This document shows positions 25,075-39,700 of a stretch of 64,000 nucleotides of DNA, piece after piece (positions within the stretch are counted from its first letter, which is position 1; the number at the start of each line of letters is the position of its first letter). The DNA comes from Bigelowiella natans CCMP2755 (taxonomy: Eukaryota; Protista; Cercozoa). Position numbers and translations under genes: made by a program. The stretch is from the NCBI GenBank assembly GCA_000320545.1, contig ADNK01000533.1, positions 12,296 through 76,295 of the forward strand, in the 5' to 3' direction. Under the pieces are notes generated by a model, which worked only from the letters and a program-made list of their open reading frames with translations, ran no database searches and had not been told where the DNA came from.

Positions 25075-27392
25075 CGCTCGCTCGCGCGACGTATGCACCT
25101 GGGTCCGCCCACGCGATCTTTCCGAAGAGGTTGACGCCCAAGATCGCATATATGTAGAAGATGATGAAGATCAGCGAGCCGACATTTATCAGCGAGGAAC
25201 TCGACTGCAGGAGCGTATCGAAGAGGCTGCGCAGCGCCTTCACTCTTGCCACCACGCGGAAAAGCCGCGCTAGCCGAAACAGCCGGAGCGCGCTCAATCC
25301 ACCCCCATCTGCGAGACCGTAGGAGCCGAGCGAGATCAACACCACAACGAAGTCGAAAATGTTCCATCCGCTGCTAAAGTACATCCTACAGCCCTGCTCG
25401 CCGTATCAAGAGAGGGGGAGAGAGAAGGAGCGGGAGGGGGCCGGGGAGAGTGAAAGGGAGAGGGAAAGAAGGAATAGATTAAGAAATAAGTGGCAAATCT
25501 TGAAAGCAGCCGCTGTGCGATGTTGGATGTGTGCATTGCCCATGGTGTAATATGGGCTGAGACGAAAGCAACTTGGTGGTTAGTGATTAACATTCTAGGT
25601 CTGTGAGGGGAGGGGGGGTTGGAGGGGAGATCGAACTGCTACAATTGCTTTGAGAGCATATCTACACGTCCCTATCCTTAATCATCACTTGCGCACGGCA
25701 CAACACATATGAGAACCAACCCAGGCGGAAAGTTTGATGACAACTTCGAGGGAGAAGATGACGTTGAAGAAGATGTTCGACATGAACACGAACACTGATA
25801 GCCTGGGATATGCAGATGACATTCGTATAAATATGCAAATCTTGAACGTAGAGAACAAGCTGCTGATGCGAAATGCCCATCATCATCAACAGCAGCACGC
25901 ACAAACACACGCATAAACACATATACGGGCTTCGATGACCACCAAGAAAGATCTACGGCTGCCACCGGAGCATGGCAACGGCTACGACTAAGGAGAAGCA
26001 CTCAAAAAGACACTTTTTGGAAAAAATAACCCACTCCTGCGGCTCCTGATAATGCTGGGAGGCGGTGATGAGCGCATTCAGGCCAATGCAGGTCAGAATG
26101 AAGGACTCGAACATGAACTCAGGGTTGTTTGGCTGCCCAACGAGCCGATAGAAATACTTGCAGAGATAGCCGTGGTTCAATGGGGACGTGTTCTTCGGGA
26201 GGCGAGTCCTGGACGCCAGCTTACTGTCCCTCTTCATTCGCCGCTGTGTCGGTAGAAAATTACTCGTCAGTTGTAGTAGTGATAGTAGTAGTAGTAGTAG
26301 TAGTAGTAGTAGCAGCAGTAATGAGCATGCACATGACACAAACAGCAGCATATCGCTGCAACCGCCGAGTATTTGGAACGGATAGAAAAGCTTCTTTCGC
26401 TGCTCTACGGACCATGTTGGCCATGTAAGAGAGCAGCAAGAAAGTAACGATTGTGTTTGTCTCCCCCTAAGCTATGCAAAAAGTTGTTGTTCATGCTGCT
26501 ATTTCCCCTCATTTTCTTCTCGATGAAGCTCCACCTGTTCCTCCGTGAGGAATGCCGAGCCGTTGAACTGCTGGTGTAACTTATTGAACTTATCGATGAG
26601 GACGGCCACGAATAAGTTCATCGCAAACATGGAGGACAAGAAGATGAAGATGATGTAGAACAGGCCCCAGGCGGGCGCATGATTCCGGGAAGGCTGCATC
26701 TCGACGCCAACCTTTGTACGCACACGTGCAAGTCTCACATTCAGGATTTGTTCCACCAACATTTCTACTTGTACGGTGGCCAGGTCTCGCAATCACATAC
26801 GCGTGTTCTTAGATATATTGATGTATTGGTGGTAGTAGTAGTAGTAGTAGTACCGCATCTATGCTCGCATACATAATCACGTTCCAGTTGGATGTCGTTG
26901 CCACGCGGAAGAGCGTCAGAAACGCCTCGTACATGTTGTCGAAGTTGAAACTGTTACACACATCATTGCAAAAACACAAAAATTACAAAACACAGCCGTT
27001 TGAGCGGTGCGGCGAACAAACGGATGGCTCATCATATGTCATCTCCAAGCATCAACACCGTCCCCGTGAGACGACGGCACGTACTCGGCATTTTTCCACT
27101 GGCCGCCGCGCGACAGGCATTCCGCCTTGTCCCTGACGTCAGGAATGGTGCAGGAGAAGAATTTCCCCTTGAACTCGTCCACGCATAGAATAGCGAATAC
27201 CACGAACAGCACTACAAGAAACAGGGCGATGTTGGCAACAGAAGGCATGGCTTCAGCCGTCGAGAGCAAGACCACCCTCGTGTTCCGCATTCGAACCTAG
27301 GAGATGGGAAGGATGAGGGCGAGAAGAGAATCTATCGATGGAAGCGATCGCGCACAGCCTACCCATCTTCCTGATGATCATGCTGTATGTGG

Positions 27393-27437
<45 letters not shown>

Positions 27438-29845
27438 CAGCAGCAGCGGCAGCAACGTCAAAATCAAACAACGAACCAGAATGCGCAGGGGCCTGAAAGC
27501 ACGAGATATCCTCAGGAATTCAGCTCCAGGAAGGAACGAAAGGACGGAGAGGATGACGATCAGCCCGTCGATTCGATTGAACGCGTCTCCGAAATATGTC
27601 CCATCTATGGCGTACGCCTCAATGACCTCCTTCCTCGCATCTGTGAAGGTAGCATAGTGCGAACTGTCAGAGAGATTCCAAGAGAAAACCCGTTGACGTA
27701 GTCAAAGCTTGATGCTGTCTTGTATATAAGAGCTACTGCAGCATCATCATCAGCATCATCATCATCATCATCATCATTCTCGTCATCGTTATTTCATACT
27801 TAATGGGGGGAGAGGAGCCCACGGCATCGTCCTTGGGCCCGGACCCATTGCGACAATCTTGATGAGCATCTCCAGCGCGAAGACGATTGTGAATGCAATG
27901 TCCGCCCCGAAAAACGCCTGGATTATTTGTTATTTTGTTTTCGCTTTTTTTTTCTTCAGAAAGTTCGCCCCCTCGCTCCTCTCACAAGTTCCCCATGACC
28001 CACCCCGGCTCTTTCCGTGTAATATCTCTCGTGATTAGTGTTGTGGTGATGTGAATCTGAAATCATGCTGCTAATCATTATAACCACGACAACGACGTCG
28101 ACTACTACTACTACTACTACTGCACAACTGCTACTACAAATACCGGATTCGGCTCGTTCGAATGCGGGTCATCAATAGCAAGGATGATGCAGTTTATGGC
28201 AACCAACATGCTTACGCCGTTCTTAAACCACCGCTTCTCTACGATGGCTATCAGCCTCTTGCGCAAAGGGTGGTCCGGCCTCATCCCAAACGACGTGATC
28301 ATCGCTTTCTCCTGATGAGTTTTATTTAATTTGTTCAGATATACAGGGTGATATATTTTGTCAGGAGAGGGATGGCGGTGGTGGTGGTGTTTTAGGCAAC
28401 GACGGCGGTGGCGCCACCACGCACTGCTACTGCTGCTAATACTGCCATTATTACTGCTGCTGCTCAAATTCTTACCCGTATCTGCTGCACCTCGATATTC
28501 GATAAGACGGAGGACTGCCGTCTCCTCATTCGGTGAGATGATGGCGAGTCCATTGACCTGCTTCTCCTTATGCTCTGCAGATGCGCTGTGGGCGATGGTG
28601 TTCCTATTATCCCTGCAACTTCTCCTTGATGTTTCGTCTCCCCCCCCGCCAATCTTGAGGCTGTCCCCGCTTCTGTTGTTGCTTTTGCTGATGTTCGAAG
28701 AGGCATTAATTCAATAGCCCTTGTAGTATTCTTTTTATTCTTAGGGGTATTTCTCCGATAGCCGTCCTTGTGGTCGTTATTACTCCTTTCGGGTGTTTTT
28801 GTTTCTGGAAAAAGACTTGCTGCAGAGGAAAGTCCACTAGTACCTCCTTCGGATATTGGTTTCCGTACTCCTCCTCCTTTTAGTATCATCTCAGGGATGT
28901 TTGTCTGGAGAAGATTGAGGCTCTCAGCCTGCTTTGGTGACCTTGGTGACGACATCCCGGAGAAAGGTTTCGCTGCGGAGATCGAAGGACTACTGTGGCC
29001 GGGTGAAAGAGATTTGCGTCTGAAGATATTTATTTTGGAGAGAACGGAGTGTCGCTTTTTCTCCGCCTTCTCGAGTTCCTTCCGGTCCTTCTCGCCCAAG
29101 TAGTACTCATACTGCATGCGCTTGATCTCCTTCTGACGGTCCTCAATTTGGGTCTGGCGTTTCCCCTGAGCAGGATGTAAAATAAGCAGCATTGCACACA
29201 ACACGCACGCATAAGGAAAGACATATGCATTCTAGAAATTCGATACTCATGTACGACGATCGACACCGCGTGTTACTATTGCCGTGCTAGTACGCACGCA
29301 CACTGCATCATTTTGCAAGAAGAAAGTGCTATCACTATTGCACCTCCACCAACACTGCTGCCATAACAGATTCAAGAAGGAGCAGCTAATGTACTACTCA
29401 CTCTCACCTCGACGACTTGAATCTTGATGATCTCCTTTGGATCTGTGTCCTTGAGCATTTCCCGCATCGCTATGTCCCTGGCTATTGATACCTAGAACGA
29501 AGGTGAAGGGAAGAGACAAAGAGCGACAGCAGGACGTGTTTTTACAGAAAAGGTAGGCGACTGCTCGCTATTGTTATTTCCGTTGGCGTCTCCTTCCCCT
29601 CCTCCTCTTCCTCCTCCTTCTCATCGTCGTAGCAATCCAAATTTTTTGCTATAGTCGTGGTGGTGTTACTACCTGTAGCTGCTCATCGTCTTGGAACTGG
29701 ATCAGCAGCATGGCGATGAAGAGGTTTACGATCATGAAGTCGCCAAGAACAATCAGCGACACAAAGTAGAGGGGCGTGATGCGGGATGTTTTGGCCGTTA
29801 TTTCCCACATCACATCTGGCCACGAATCGCCACTGAAAGAGTAGA

Positions 29846-29888
<43 letters not shown>

Positions 29889-29962
29889 AAAGGCGCCAGA
29901 ATGCAATTAAGATTCAGATAATTGCACCAGCGGATGGCCACATATGCACTTATTAATATATA

Positions 29963-30005
<43 letters not shown>

Positions 30006-31874
30006 ACACGTGTATAAATGCTGTCTCTGTGTGCATTATGAACATGTGCGCGTGATATATTGTAGTAAAATGCTTGTGTTTGTCTCCTTGTCGCTCCGGA
30101 CGAAGAGAACCTCGTTATTGTACCTGACGCATTGAAAGACGAGGAGGAACGATGCCCATAAGTCGTCAAAGCTCCACCGTGATGTCGACTCGGTTAGTTT
30201 CCCGGCGAACAGCTGCACGCCTAGCACCTGATGTGTGTAGAGGGTGGAGAAAGTGAAGGCATTGTGTTTGCATCGTTGACACACGTTTTCAAGATGGAAA
30301 GAATCTTCCCCCATCCATCTCGACGATGACAAAGAGGAAAGGCGGGACGACTGATGAAGCGGACCAACAACTTCTTACCGCGAACATGAAGAGGAACACC
30401 ATTACGAGTAGAATCAAGTACATCACCTTCGAATCACAACATCCAACGTGGTAAGAACGGGGGGGGGGGGGGAGGCGAAGGGTACACGGGTACAGAAAGC
30501 CCACATCTCCATCATTTACGCGACTATCGCCCCTATGCCATATGCTAGCCGCACATCAGCAGCAAAAGCTACAGCTACAGCAAGTACCTGGACCAAGCAA
30601 TTGATGATGACCACGAAGAGTTTTCTCAAGTCGCGCACGTTGTTGAACAGCTTGAAGATCCGCAGCAGCCGCAGTGTCCGCAGGCCCGAAACCTGAGACA
30701 GAACCGTGTCGTCAAATGGTATTGGAGTCTACTTCGCGATATCTATTTCGTGCGTTGCGGGTGCGTGGCGGGTGCGGCATGCATGCATACATGCAAGCGT
30801 AGGCCGTAGTATGGGTGAGGTACGATTGGCTTATTCTTTCTCTAGATTCTGTCGTGGTGGCATAAATTCTAGGACTACTACCTGGTTGGCGTTCGGGATG
30901 AAAGAGATTAGCACGATGAACGCATCGAAGCGGTTCCATGGGTCGCACAGATATCCACGTAGCCCCAGCCCCGCCAGCTTGAGCAGCATCTCCACCAGGA
31001 ACACCAATGCGCATGCCTGCACAGCGGATGACAGCAGAGAGACAACGAGAATGGGTGGAGGTAGGAGCATTGCGGTAGCGGAAAGGGGAGGGGGCGGAAA
31101 AGAGACAAAAGCCACTCATCAATCGAGTAGTTTAAGTGTTCATTCGATTGGTTTTGGTTTTGGTTTTGGTTTTGGTTTTGGGTGTGGGTGTGGATGTGGG
31201 TGCGTGTGTAGTCGTTTCTTCTTCCTTACAAAATTGATTTCCTCAATGAATTTCTCTTCCGCCGTGGAGATTCCGTAGTAGTTGTACGAGAGTGCGGCTG
31301 TGTTGAGCAGGATGACAAGGTTTACAAAGATCTTCATCCACATCGATGAAGTCACAACGACAAAGATGCTTCGAAACACGGCCGGCTTGTTCTGAAGCCA
31401 GAGGGTCGGATATCTACCAATGCCAACCAGCATCACCATGGGGAAAAATAAAACGGATGAGGAAATTGTGATCGTGTGCGCGAGTGAGGGTAAGTGCATG
31501 CATTTGTTCGTGTGCACGTGTTTTGCGGGTAGAGGTGGGTTGATGGTGAAAGCAGGCCACGTCTCGCAGAGCCGTCGATCCGCAATTTATTGAGACGTTC
31601 GAGGACCGCAGGAAAAAGACGAAAAGGTTCGGGCGACGGGGAGGGAGGAGGGGGGGACAGACGGTGGAAATCCCAACCTCACGCTCCAGAAGGAATGTAT
31701 CATCGAGAGCGCGTTGCGCTCGGTCTCTGTCGTTTTTTCCAGCCAATTCTTGAGAAACTCGAGTCGGATATTCTTCAGCCTGCCCTGTATCTACAGGTGT
31801 CATGCAGCAGCAGCAACAACAATCAAAACGAGAAAAATCAATGATTCCGACGAGAGTGGTAAGATAAATCAACA

Positions 31875-31915
<41 letters not shown>

Positions 31916-34459
31916 TATGTATGTGTGTGTGTGTTATTTATATCTTCTTACCTCTTGCGTGTGTGTGTGTGTGTGTGTGTGTGTTTATGTTTACGTGCAT
32001 GCGCACAAGCATATTATACCTTGTCTACAATGACCCTGTTATGCAACAACAGCATTTCGTTGTACCCGATGTGCTCGCTAACCACCATGTTAATGTTGTT
32101 CTTCAGCTGGAGAGCTTCGCGGTTACTATACTTATTTTCTCGAGCGAAAAAGGTCGATTTGCTCCCCCCCTTGCGCGCTACGAGGCCGCTGTTATCCAGG
32201 TCCCTGTCCGAGCGACTAGCAGTGATGGCGTTCTTACTGCTGTCCATCCTCCTTCCTGCTACTTCTTTGGCGTATTTTTGGCTAAACCACTTCCCACCTC
32301 CCTCCGAGGCTTCAAGTGCGCTGAACGCCGGTACCTGGAAGAATTTTAGCTCGAACTCGTCGAGGAATTCGCCAATTATATGATCATTGACGGGCCAAAA
32401 TCCGCGGTGCTCAAGGAGGAGTTGTTGCAATGGCCCTCCGCTCGTCGCAATCTTCTGTTCCCCTCTGCTGCTGCCCTGTCTGCTATGGCTCCGCAATCGA
32501 AAACCGGCGGGCATGACCTGTTCGAAAGTAATACGTTGGAATTGGGTGACGACGGCCCCATGGGCAAGCAGGATAATATTGATGGAAGTGGAATGATGAT
32601 GACGACCATGTTGATGAGGATTATCATGATAATAGTGATGATGATGCAAATAACATCAGTGATGGAACAACAGTCAAGCCACCCCCCAGACGGCTTACTG
32701 CAAATACAGCTGCTAGTCAAACATGCTCTCACTTCATTATCACATCGGGAAGTCACTCACCGGGCAGCCTTCCGACCGCAACCAGAGTCTATACTTCAGC
32801 TCTATTTGACGCTTTTGTTCGATGATCCACAGCGTAATATCCTCAGACACTGCGGCCAAGACCTGAATTTTGAAGGTTTCCTCCGGATCTTTGGAATCAT
32901 CCGTGCTAGGGGCATCTTCAAAGGTATCCTTCTCATCATCAGCGTCCAGAACTTTGCCACACGATTCAGTGGGTGCAGAGCGAGGAGAGGTGGTGGGAAC
33001 GCCGTCTCCGCTCGCATTGTCATCATCTTCTTCACCGCCATTCACCCCGCACTTTTCCTCCTTCAGCTTCTTCTTCTCCTGCATCTCCTGATGTTGCATC
33101 TTCGCCTGAGGAAAAATGGTAGATGGATGGGAATAACGACACATGGAAGGGCATCTATGTGTGTGTATGCGTCTCCTTGCGTGTCAGATATTCACTAGAA
33201 AATAACGAAAACCAGAATGTAACAAAGACAGAGGCCTTGTATGTGAAAGAATGACATATAGCATATCGTTGTCACTTTTCTGCTTTTTACACCCCGCGGG
33301 GTCACAAATAGCCCACTTCTCGGCGCTACCTTCTCATTCTCTGCCCCTGTATGTAGCTGCCGGAAAGCGTCCTTGATGGCCGCAAGCATGAGGTTGAGGG
33401 CGAAGAAGGACACGAGAAGGATCAGGAAGAAGAAGTAGAACCAGACGAAGGGGGACACTCCATCCATCACCGTGTGCAGGATGCTGCCCCACCCGCTCAT
33501 CGTAATCGTTTGAAATATCTGCGCATAGGAAAGACACAACAACAAGCTTATGCATGCTTCCGTGCGTCTTGTGCGCCGAACGAATCGTTATCGTCACCCG
33601 AACCACCACAGCCATCAGCACATATAATGTCGTCCTCGTCATCATTACTACTACAAACTACTTCTCCTTAGACCTGTAGCAACGCAGACGGAAAATCGTC
33701 GAAGCTCACCACCCCATAGAAGGGGTTTCCGGCCTGCGAAGGGGGAGAGAGATGGCAAAAGGAGATGATCATGCTACGCTGCGTGCACTACTCTAAGACA
33801 CAACTGAAGTAGCACTACTATACTTCTAGTAGTAGTACCCATGCTCTCCACCCCATCCCCCCCCTTACCTCGGGTTTGCACGTAGACCCATGCGGACACT
33901 GAAAGAGCCCTGCGGACGTCAGGCTACAAATGCGATCCAGTGGCAGAGTCTCCCCGGACGCATCGTCGAAGCAGCGCTGGCGCAAGATGCCCTTAAACAA
34001 GGTCACCCCGGTGATACCGAAGAAGAAGAGAAGAAGTGACAGCACGAGCGATACACGGCCAATTGCCGCGACGGAGTAGAGAAGGACGGTCACCAGGGCT
34101 CGGAGTTGTGGGACACGCTTGACCGCCCGGAGCGGCCTCAACACTCTCACCACGCGAATCGCTGAGACGTTCGGCACGCTAGGGATGGCTCCCAAGCAGC
34201 CAAACACAACGACGACGAAGTCGATATAGTTCCACCCGTCGCGGAAGTAACCGGGACTCGATGCGTAGTATTCCTCTGGCATACCTGTCCATCCGTTCCA
34301 TGGACAGGGAAAGGGGAGGGGGAGAGAGTAAGAGTTGTGCTTGCACAACATGAACACAATGGAGGGTCGTGTGATGGTAGTAATAACGATGATAGTGTGC
34401 TTGTGAAACCCGCGTCTGTATGTGAATGCGTGCGTGCATGCATGTGTGTATGCGTGTTT

Positions 34460-34496
<37 letters not shown>

Positions 34497-34985
34497 TGAG
34501 CATAGACTGTCCTTATATATTTTTCTGTGGAAAGTCATTCTTGTTATGAACTCATTAGTTTACTACTAAAACGACTACTAAAACAACAACAACATTAACA
34601 ACAACTACTGCTACTACTACAAAAGTCATTGCCAAAACCATACCGGGGAGCTCCTCCTCACTTTTAGTCTCACGCCAAAGCCCAAGCGCCAGTATTTTTA
34701 AGAACATCTCTATGATGAAGATGGAGAGGAAGATAGGGTCCAGAATTCGAGAGACCTTGACTTCCCAGTGGGTCTCAGGATTCAACGGGTTTGAGAAGGC
34801 AAGCAGCACGCAGTTGAAGAGAATTAAGATCAAAATTACGTTGTCGAACCACGCCTGTGATGGTAATAATAATGATCACGATTATCATAACTATCCTCCA
34901 TTGTGAGGTCCAACGTCATCCGCATAATTTCACACAACATGGAGCTTTGCAAGGTGCCATGAGATCACTACTTCTTCTTCTCCTT

Positions 34986-35018
<33 letters not shown>

Positions 35019-35822
35019 TTTCTAATCCCCACCTTTGAAGTGATATTCACACGTGCCCAGCGGCTCATGTATTCATACCAGCCCATCGATTGATTCAGGG
35101 CCCTTCGCTTCTCGCTCCTATCTTCCTTCGGTGTTCGCGGAGATTTGCCGCCATGACCAATCCGCAGCATTTGAAAGATAGAAGGCTCTTCTTTTCGGAG
35201 CTTAACGTCAACAGTAAGCTTAGGTGCGTCCTTAGTGTCGGGCAGGTTGCTGCCGCTGCTGCTATTGAGAGCTTTCTTCCAAGGCTCTCTTCTTCCAAGC
35301 GGGGTGACGCCGAAAGCAAATGTCTTGTCCTTTGCTCTGTTCTGTTTCATTAGATTTAGGGAGTAGCGCCGTTTCTTTGTATCCCCCTTATCCAACATCG
35401 TGGACGACGAGGACGATACCCCTGAGAATGACTGTCTTCGTTCACACCTCAACTTCTCGTCTGAAGATCTCCTGCCATGTTGTGTTTCTGAATAGCAAAT
35501 TATGAATGTAGGGGAATTCAGTTCGATGACTCAGGTTTGACCTTTACTCCGGGCCACATACTCTCTCCCCTCCTTTCTCCCTTTTGACATCTCATCTATC
35601 AGTAGCAGGACAACTTTGAATACCTAGTGAGACGTCCCTCTGCTCCGCCCGGAAACCCGAAGGGGTGATGCTGCGGCTAGATTCGAGACAGGACTCCTCC
35701 AATAAGCCAGCAGAAGATCTTCCATCCATACCTGTTGTTTCAGAAGATTGTCCACTCCTGTTCTTCGATGAAGTACTCTTTCGTCTGCCATTGGGGATAG
35801 CCAAGGGCGAGGTGTAACTCAT
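23364..35822 (-). CDS. Four-domain voltage-gated cation channel alpha subunit (Cav/Nav superfamily), many introns
   Basis: Four S4 helices (IRVVRVLRPLR, LRTLRLLRIFK, LRISRAFRPLR, LRLFRLARLFR), WNxxDF motifs, four P-loops and S6 helices, C-terminal EF-hand-like WSAFDPQGTG. The terminal exons and 3' coordinate are approximate. Confidence 0.92.
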
Positions 35823-36391
35823 ACTTGAGAGCGGGCTAGTATCGAGGGAACAAGACCGCTCCTGCTACTACTACTATTACTACTGTGAACTATCTTGGAG
35901 GAAGTTGCCTCTCCTTATTAATTGGCACTGGCAAGATCTAGTACTTGGGGGCAGGGATGGGCCAGCCAGCTGCGGCCATCCACTTAACATGCTGCCGGCG
36001 GCTTCTGGTAACCGAATCCGTTTCAGTTTTCGCAGCTTTCACGGGAAAACTTCTTGACGGGAGAACAACGCGTAGTCTTGAAGAACGACATAGCTTGCAT
36101 ACGCTACCTGCATCGCGGTTGTCCCGAGGGTTTACCTCTCTGCGACATAAAAAGGGTTGTCGCTGTTGGGATATGGTGGCTGTTATACAATTTTCCTTTC
36201 CCGCAAAATCTTAGAGGCCTTGTCTGTGGTTGTTTCCCGCCTGAAAAATATTCCAAATTCGGAACAAAGTCTGACAACAGTCTGACAACACTCGCCCTTA
36301 ACGAACTCTTCATCTTCCGAGCGATCCCTTCGCTCAGGAACCCCACCCAGGCGCGGGAGGTACGCGAGCCTCAGCCGCTGAGGCTGGAAAA

Positions 36392-38582
36392 ATGCGACGG
36401 AAGCAGGGAAGAGGACAGCTCTGGCTACTAAGATGTCGTAGGTTGTCGTCGTCTGCCCTTGTTATGACCCTCTCCCTCCTGGTGCTCCATTTTGTGGAGG
36501 ACATCTCCGTGTTCCAGGCTCCTTCGCGTATTAAGCACCAGAGGAATCGACATTGGTGTGTGTGTGTGTGTAATATTAGCTATGACGTAGGAAAGAATTA
36601 TCGTAGAGAGGGGCTTACGTTGGCTTTGAAACATACACGTGTGTCGCCTGTTTTGCAAAGGAAAAGTAGATAAAAAGAATGTAGCACCGTCAACATCGAG
36701 TTCCACACGTATTATTTTTGCTTTAGGCTCTCCTCCAAGCTCGATCTCGTCGGAGCTCGCGATGGCGGTCGACACAGCGGTCAAATGCTAATATTTGATG
36801 ACAAAAAGCCGACAAAAGCACATTCAAAGTCAAAGAAGCATAATCAACACAACCAAGATGGGCTGACAGCCTCTAAGAGCAAGGAACCTTTCGAGTGGTA
36901 CGCGCAGGCTATCCGGAAAGCAGCTCTCATCGAAAACTACGAGGTTGGTCGCTGCTGCTGGCATGAAGTAGTTATGGAGAAATCGCATTTTCTCCTCAAA
37001 GCAACTTAACGATACCCAACCGTGGCTTTTCCTTGTATTCCACTATTTCTCTTAAAATGGTTGAAACACTTGTATAGGTATCAGGTTGCTACGTCCTGCG
37101 CCCTTGGGCTATGCAAATCTGGAGGACGATACGGAGCAGGCTAGACGCCAATATTACCGAGCAGCTCGGTGCTGACGAGGCCTACTTCCCGCTCCTCGTG
37201 TCGAACCAGACTCTATCGAAAGAGGCTGACCACCTGGAAGGCTTTGCTCCTGAGGTGATCGAGAACGGGAGGAGTGTTTTAGATGAAGAAGAAGAAGAAG
37301 AAGTATATCCCACGCAAGCAAAGGGACAGATGTGGGAACGTAGATGTGACGGAGTATCGTATCCTCCGCACTTTTTTCAGGTTGCGTGGGTGACGCACGC
37401 TGGCTGCACCGAGCTGGACAGGCCTTTGGGTATGTGCTCCTGTATTCCATTCACATTGTTGGCTTCCATCGTCACGCTTCTTTTCGTCGCTGACGATGAT
37501 GTCATAACCCTTCATCTTCCCCCCCCCCCGCTCAGCGTTACGGCCAACGTCGGAGGCTATCATCTACCCGTAAGGAGAGACCAAATCCAATTGCAGAGCA
37601 ACCGCCGCACATCAAAACACACTTCTGATATCATCTCACGTTAGGTACTTTGCGAAGTGGATAAGATCGCATAGAGATCTGCCCTTAAGGTGCACTTTTT
37701 CTCCTCCTCTCTCCGTCATTCGATGAATCCAACCCTCGCGTTACACTCCACACTCAGAGTAAATCAATGGTGCAATGTCGTCCGATGGGAGTTTTCATGC
37801 CCCACCCCCTTCATCCGCACACGCGAGTTTCTGTGGCAGGTAAGCGGCTACAACGATCCGTGAAGTTGCTTTGCGTGTTCTCTGTATGGCCAGATAATTC
37901 GGCGGGGCGGCATGGGAAAAACCTCAGTGGTGGCCTCTACTCCTATCGTCCTTGCTTGCTATTGTTGTAGGAAGGGCACACCGCACATGCGACAAGGGAA
38001 GGGGCCGAGCAGGAGGTAGCCGAGGCGCTCGAGGTGTACAAGAATATATACGAAGATGTCCTGGCCATCCCTGTAAGTGGCTGTGAGTATATCTCTGAAG
38101 GGTGGGGGGGTGGGTAGCCCTCTATACGCTGCTCCTGGTGGTGGTGGTAGTGCTGCTGCTGATAATGACGATGATTGTGATGAGTACTGCTGTTACGGCT
38201 CCAATCCGTCTCTTCCTAGGTGATTCCCGGGCGCAAGACGCAAAAGGAGAAGTTCGCAGGCGCTTTGTACACGTCGACCATTGAGGTTCGTCTGTGGTTT
38301 GACTATGATTTCCATTTTCACAAGCATCCCTTATACAGGCGTTTGTTCCCTGCACAGGACGTGGGATTCAGGTCCTTTCTCCTCCTCCTCCTCCTCCTCT
38401 CCCCTCTTTTTACTCCTCATCTCTTAGCAAACATAGTCGTTCTGCGTTTGCACAACCACCGTTACCGGATTGAGCGGTGTTCTTTTGTGCAGGCCGCTAC
38501 TGCGCATTGCCTCGGCCAGAACTTCGCACGTATCTACAACGTCGAGTATGAGGACCAGGACGGCAGGTGTGTTGTTGATAGG

Positions 38583-38621
<39 letters not shown>

Positions 38622-39353
38622 AGCGCACGCACACTCCTACTGTCACACATAAACTTTTCTTCTCCTAGGCGCTCGCTTGTATGGCAGAACAGCTGGGGAT
38701 TCACGACGAGGGCAATCGGTCAGTAGTCAGGCGACGATAGTATGATCGATGACGACGACAACAACACCAACCGCATTCTCGAATTGATGCATAGCATCGA
38801 GGGGCGGGGGAGGAAGTGGGAAGTATCCTTCGCTAGAATATTTGCATCGGAGAACTTTTTCCCAAGAGGTCTTTTGGTTGTTGTCCAGTAATACCTAGCC
38901 CCATATCATCTCCCTTGCTTCAGGAATAATGATTCTTGTTCACGGGGACGACAATGGGTTGATTCTTCCTCCTCCAGTGGCCCCGGTGCAGGCCATCGTG
39001 GTGCCGATCCCCCCCTCGAAGGCCTACGTCAAGAAGCAGTTGCTTCCTCTGCAGGATCAACAGCTAGGCGTGGGAGGAGGAGGGGAAGGAGAATCCAGAT
39101 CAGAACGTAACAACACAGCAAGTCGGAGTGCTACAAAGGGCGATGACGATGGTGGAGAGGCAGTTGCATCTGCATCAGCGCGGGTGACAGCTCGTATACT
39201 GAATGCTGCGCGCGCCGTCCAAGACGCTCTTAGGCGCAACGGTAGGATATTCGAATGGGTAGCACTCGATGATGGCTAGGAGTTATAAAAGCCTTTTTCT
39301 TTTCCCCCCCTACGAAAGAGGGGAAGGAAGAAATAAAGGGATTTCTCTCTTTA

Positions 39354-39405
<52 letters not shown>

Positions 39406-39665
39406 GCATGCATACACAGCATGCGGTAGCATTCATTTCAAATATCTGCAGGGCTGAGGGCAAAGATCGACGACGATCCCACGCATAGTCCTGGCTGGAA
39501 GTATAATTTCTGGGAGCTAAAAGGGGTTGTGATATTCGTAGAGCAGCGCGGTGGTGATAGGGGAAATCGGCAGTATCGTTGAAGCTCCACTTCGAGTCCA
39601 CTTAAGAGGGAGACCACAGAGAGAGGGCGGGGGAAAAGCTATACCCACATCTCCGGACAACAACC

Positions 39666-39700
<35 letters not shown>

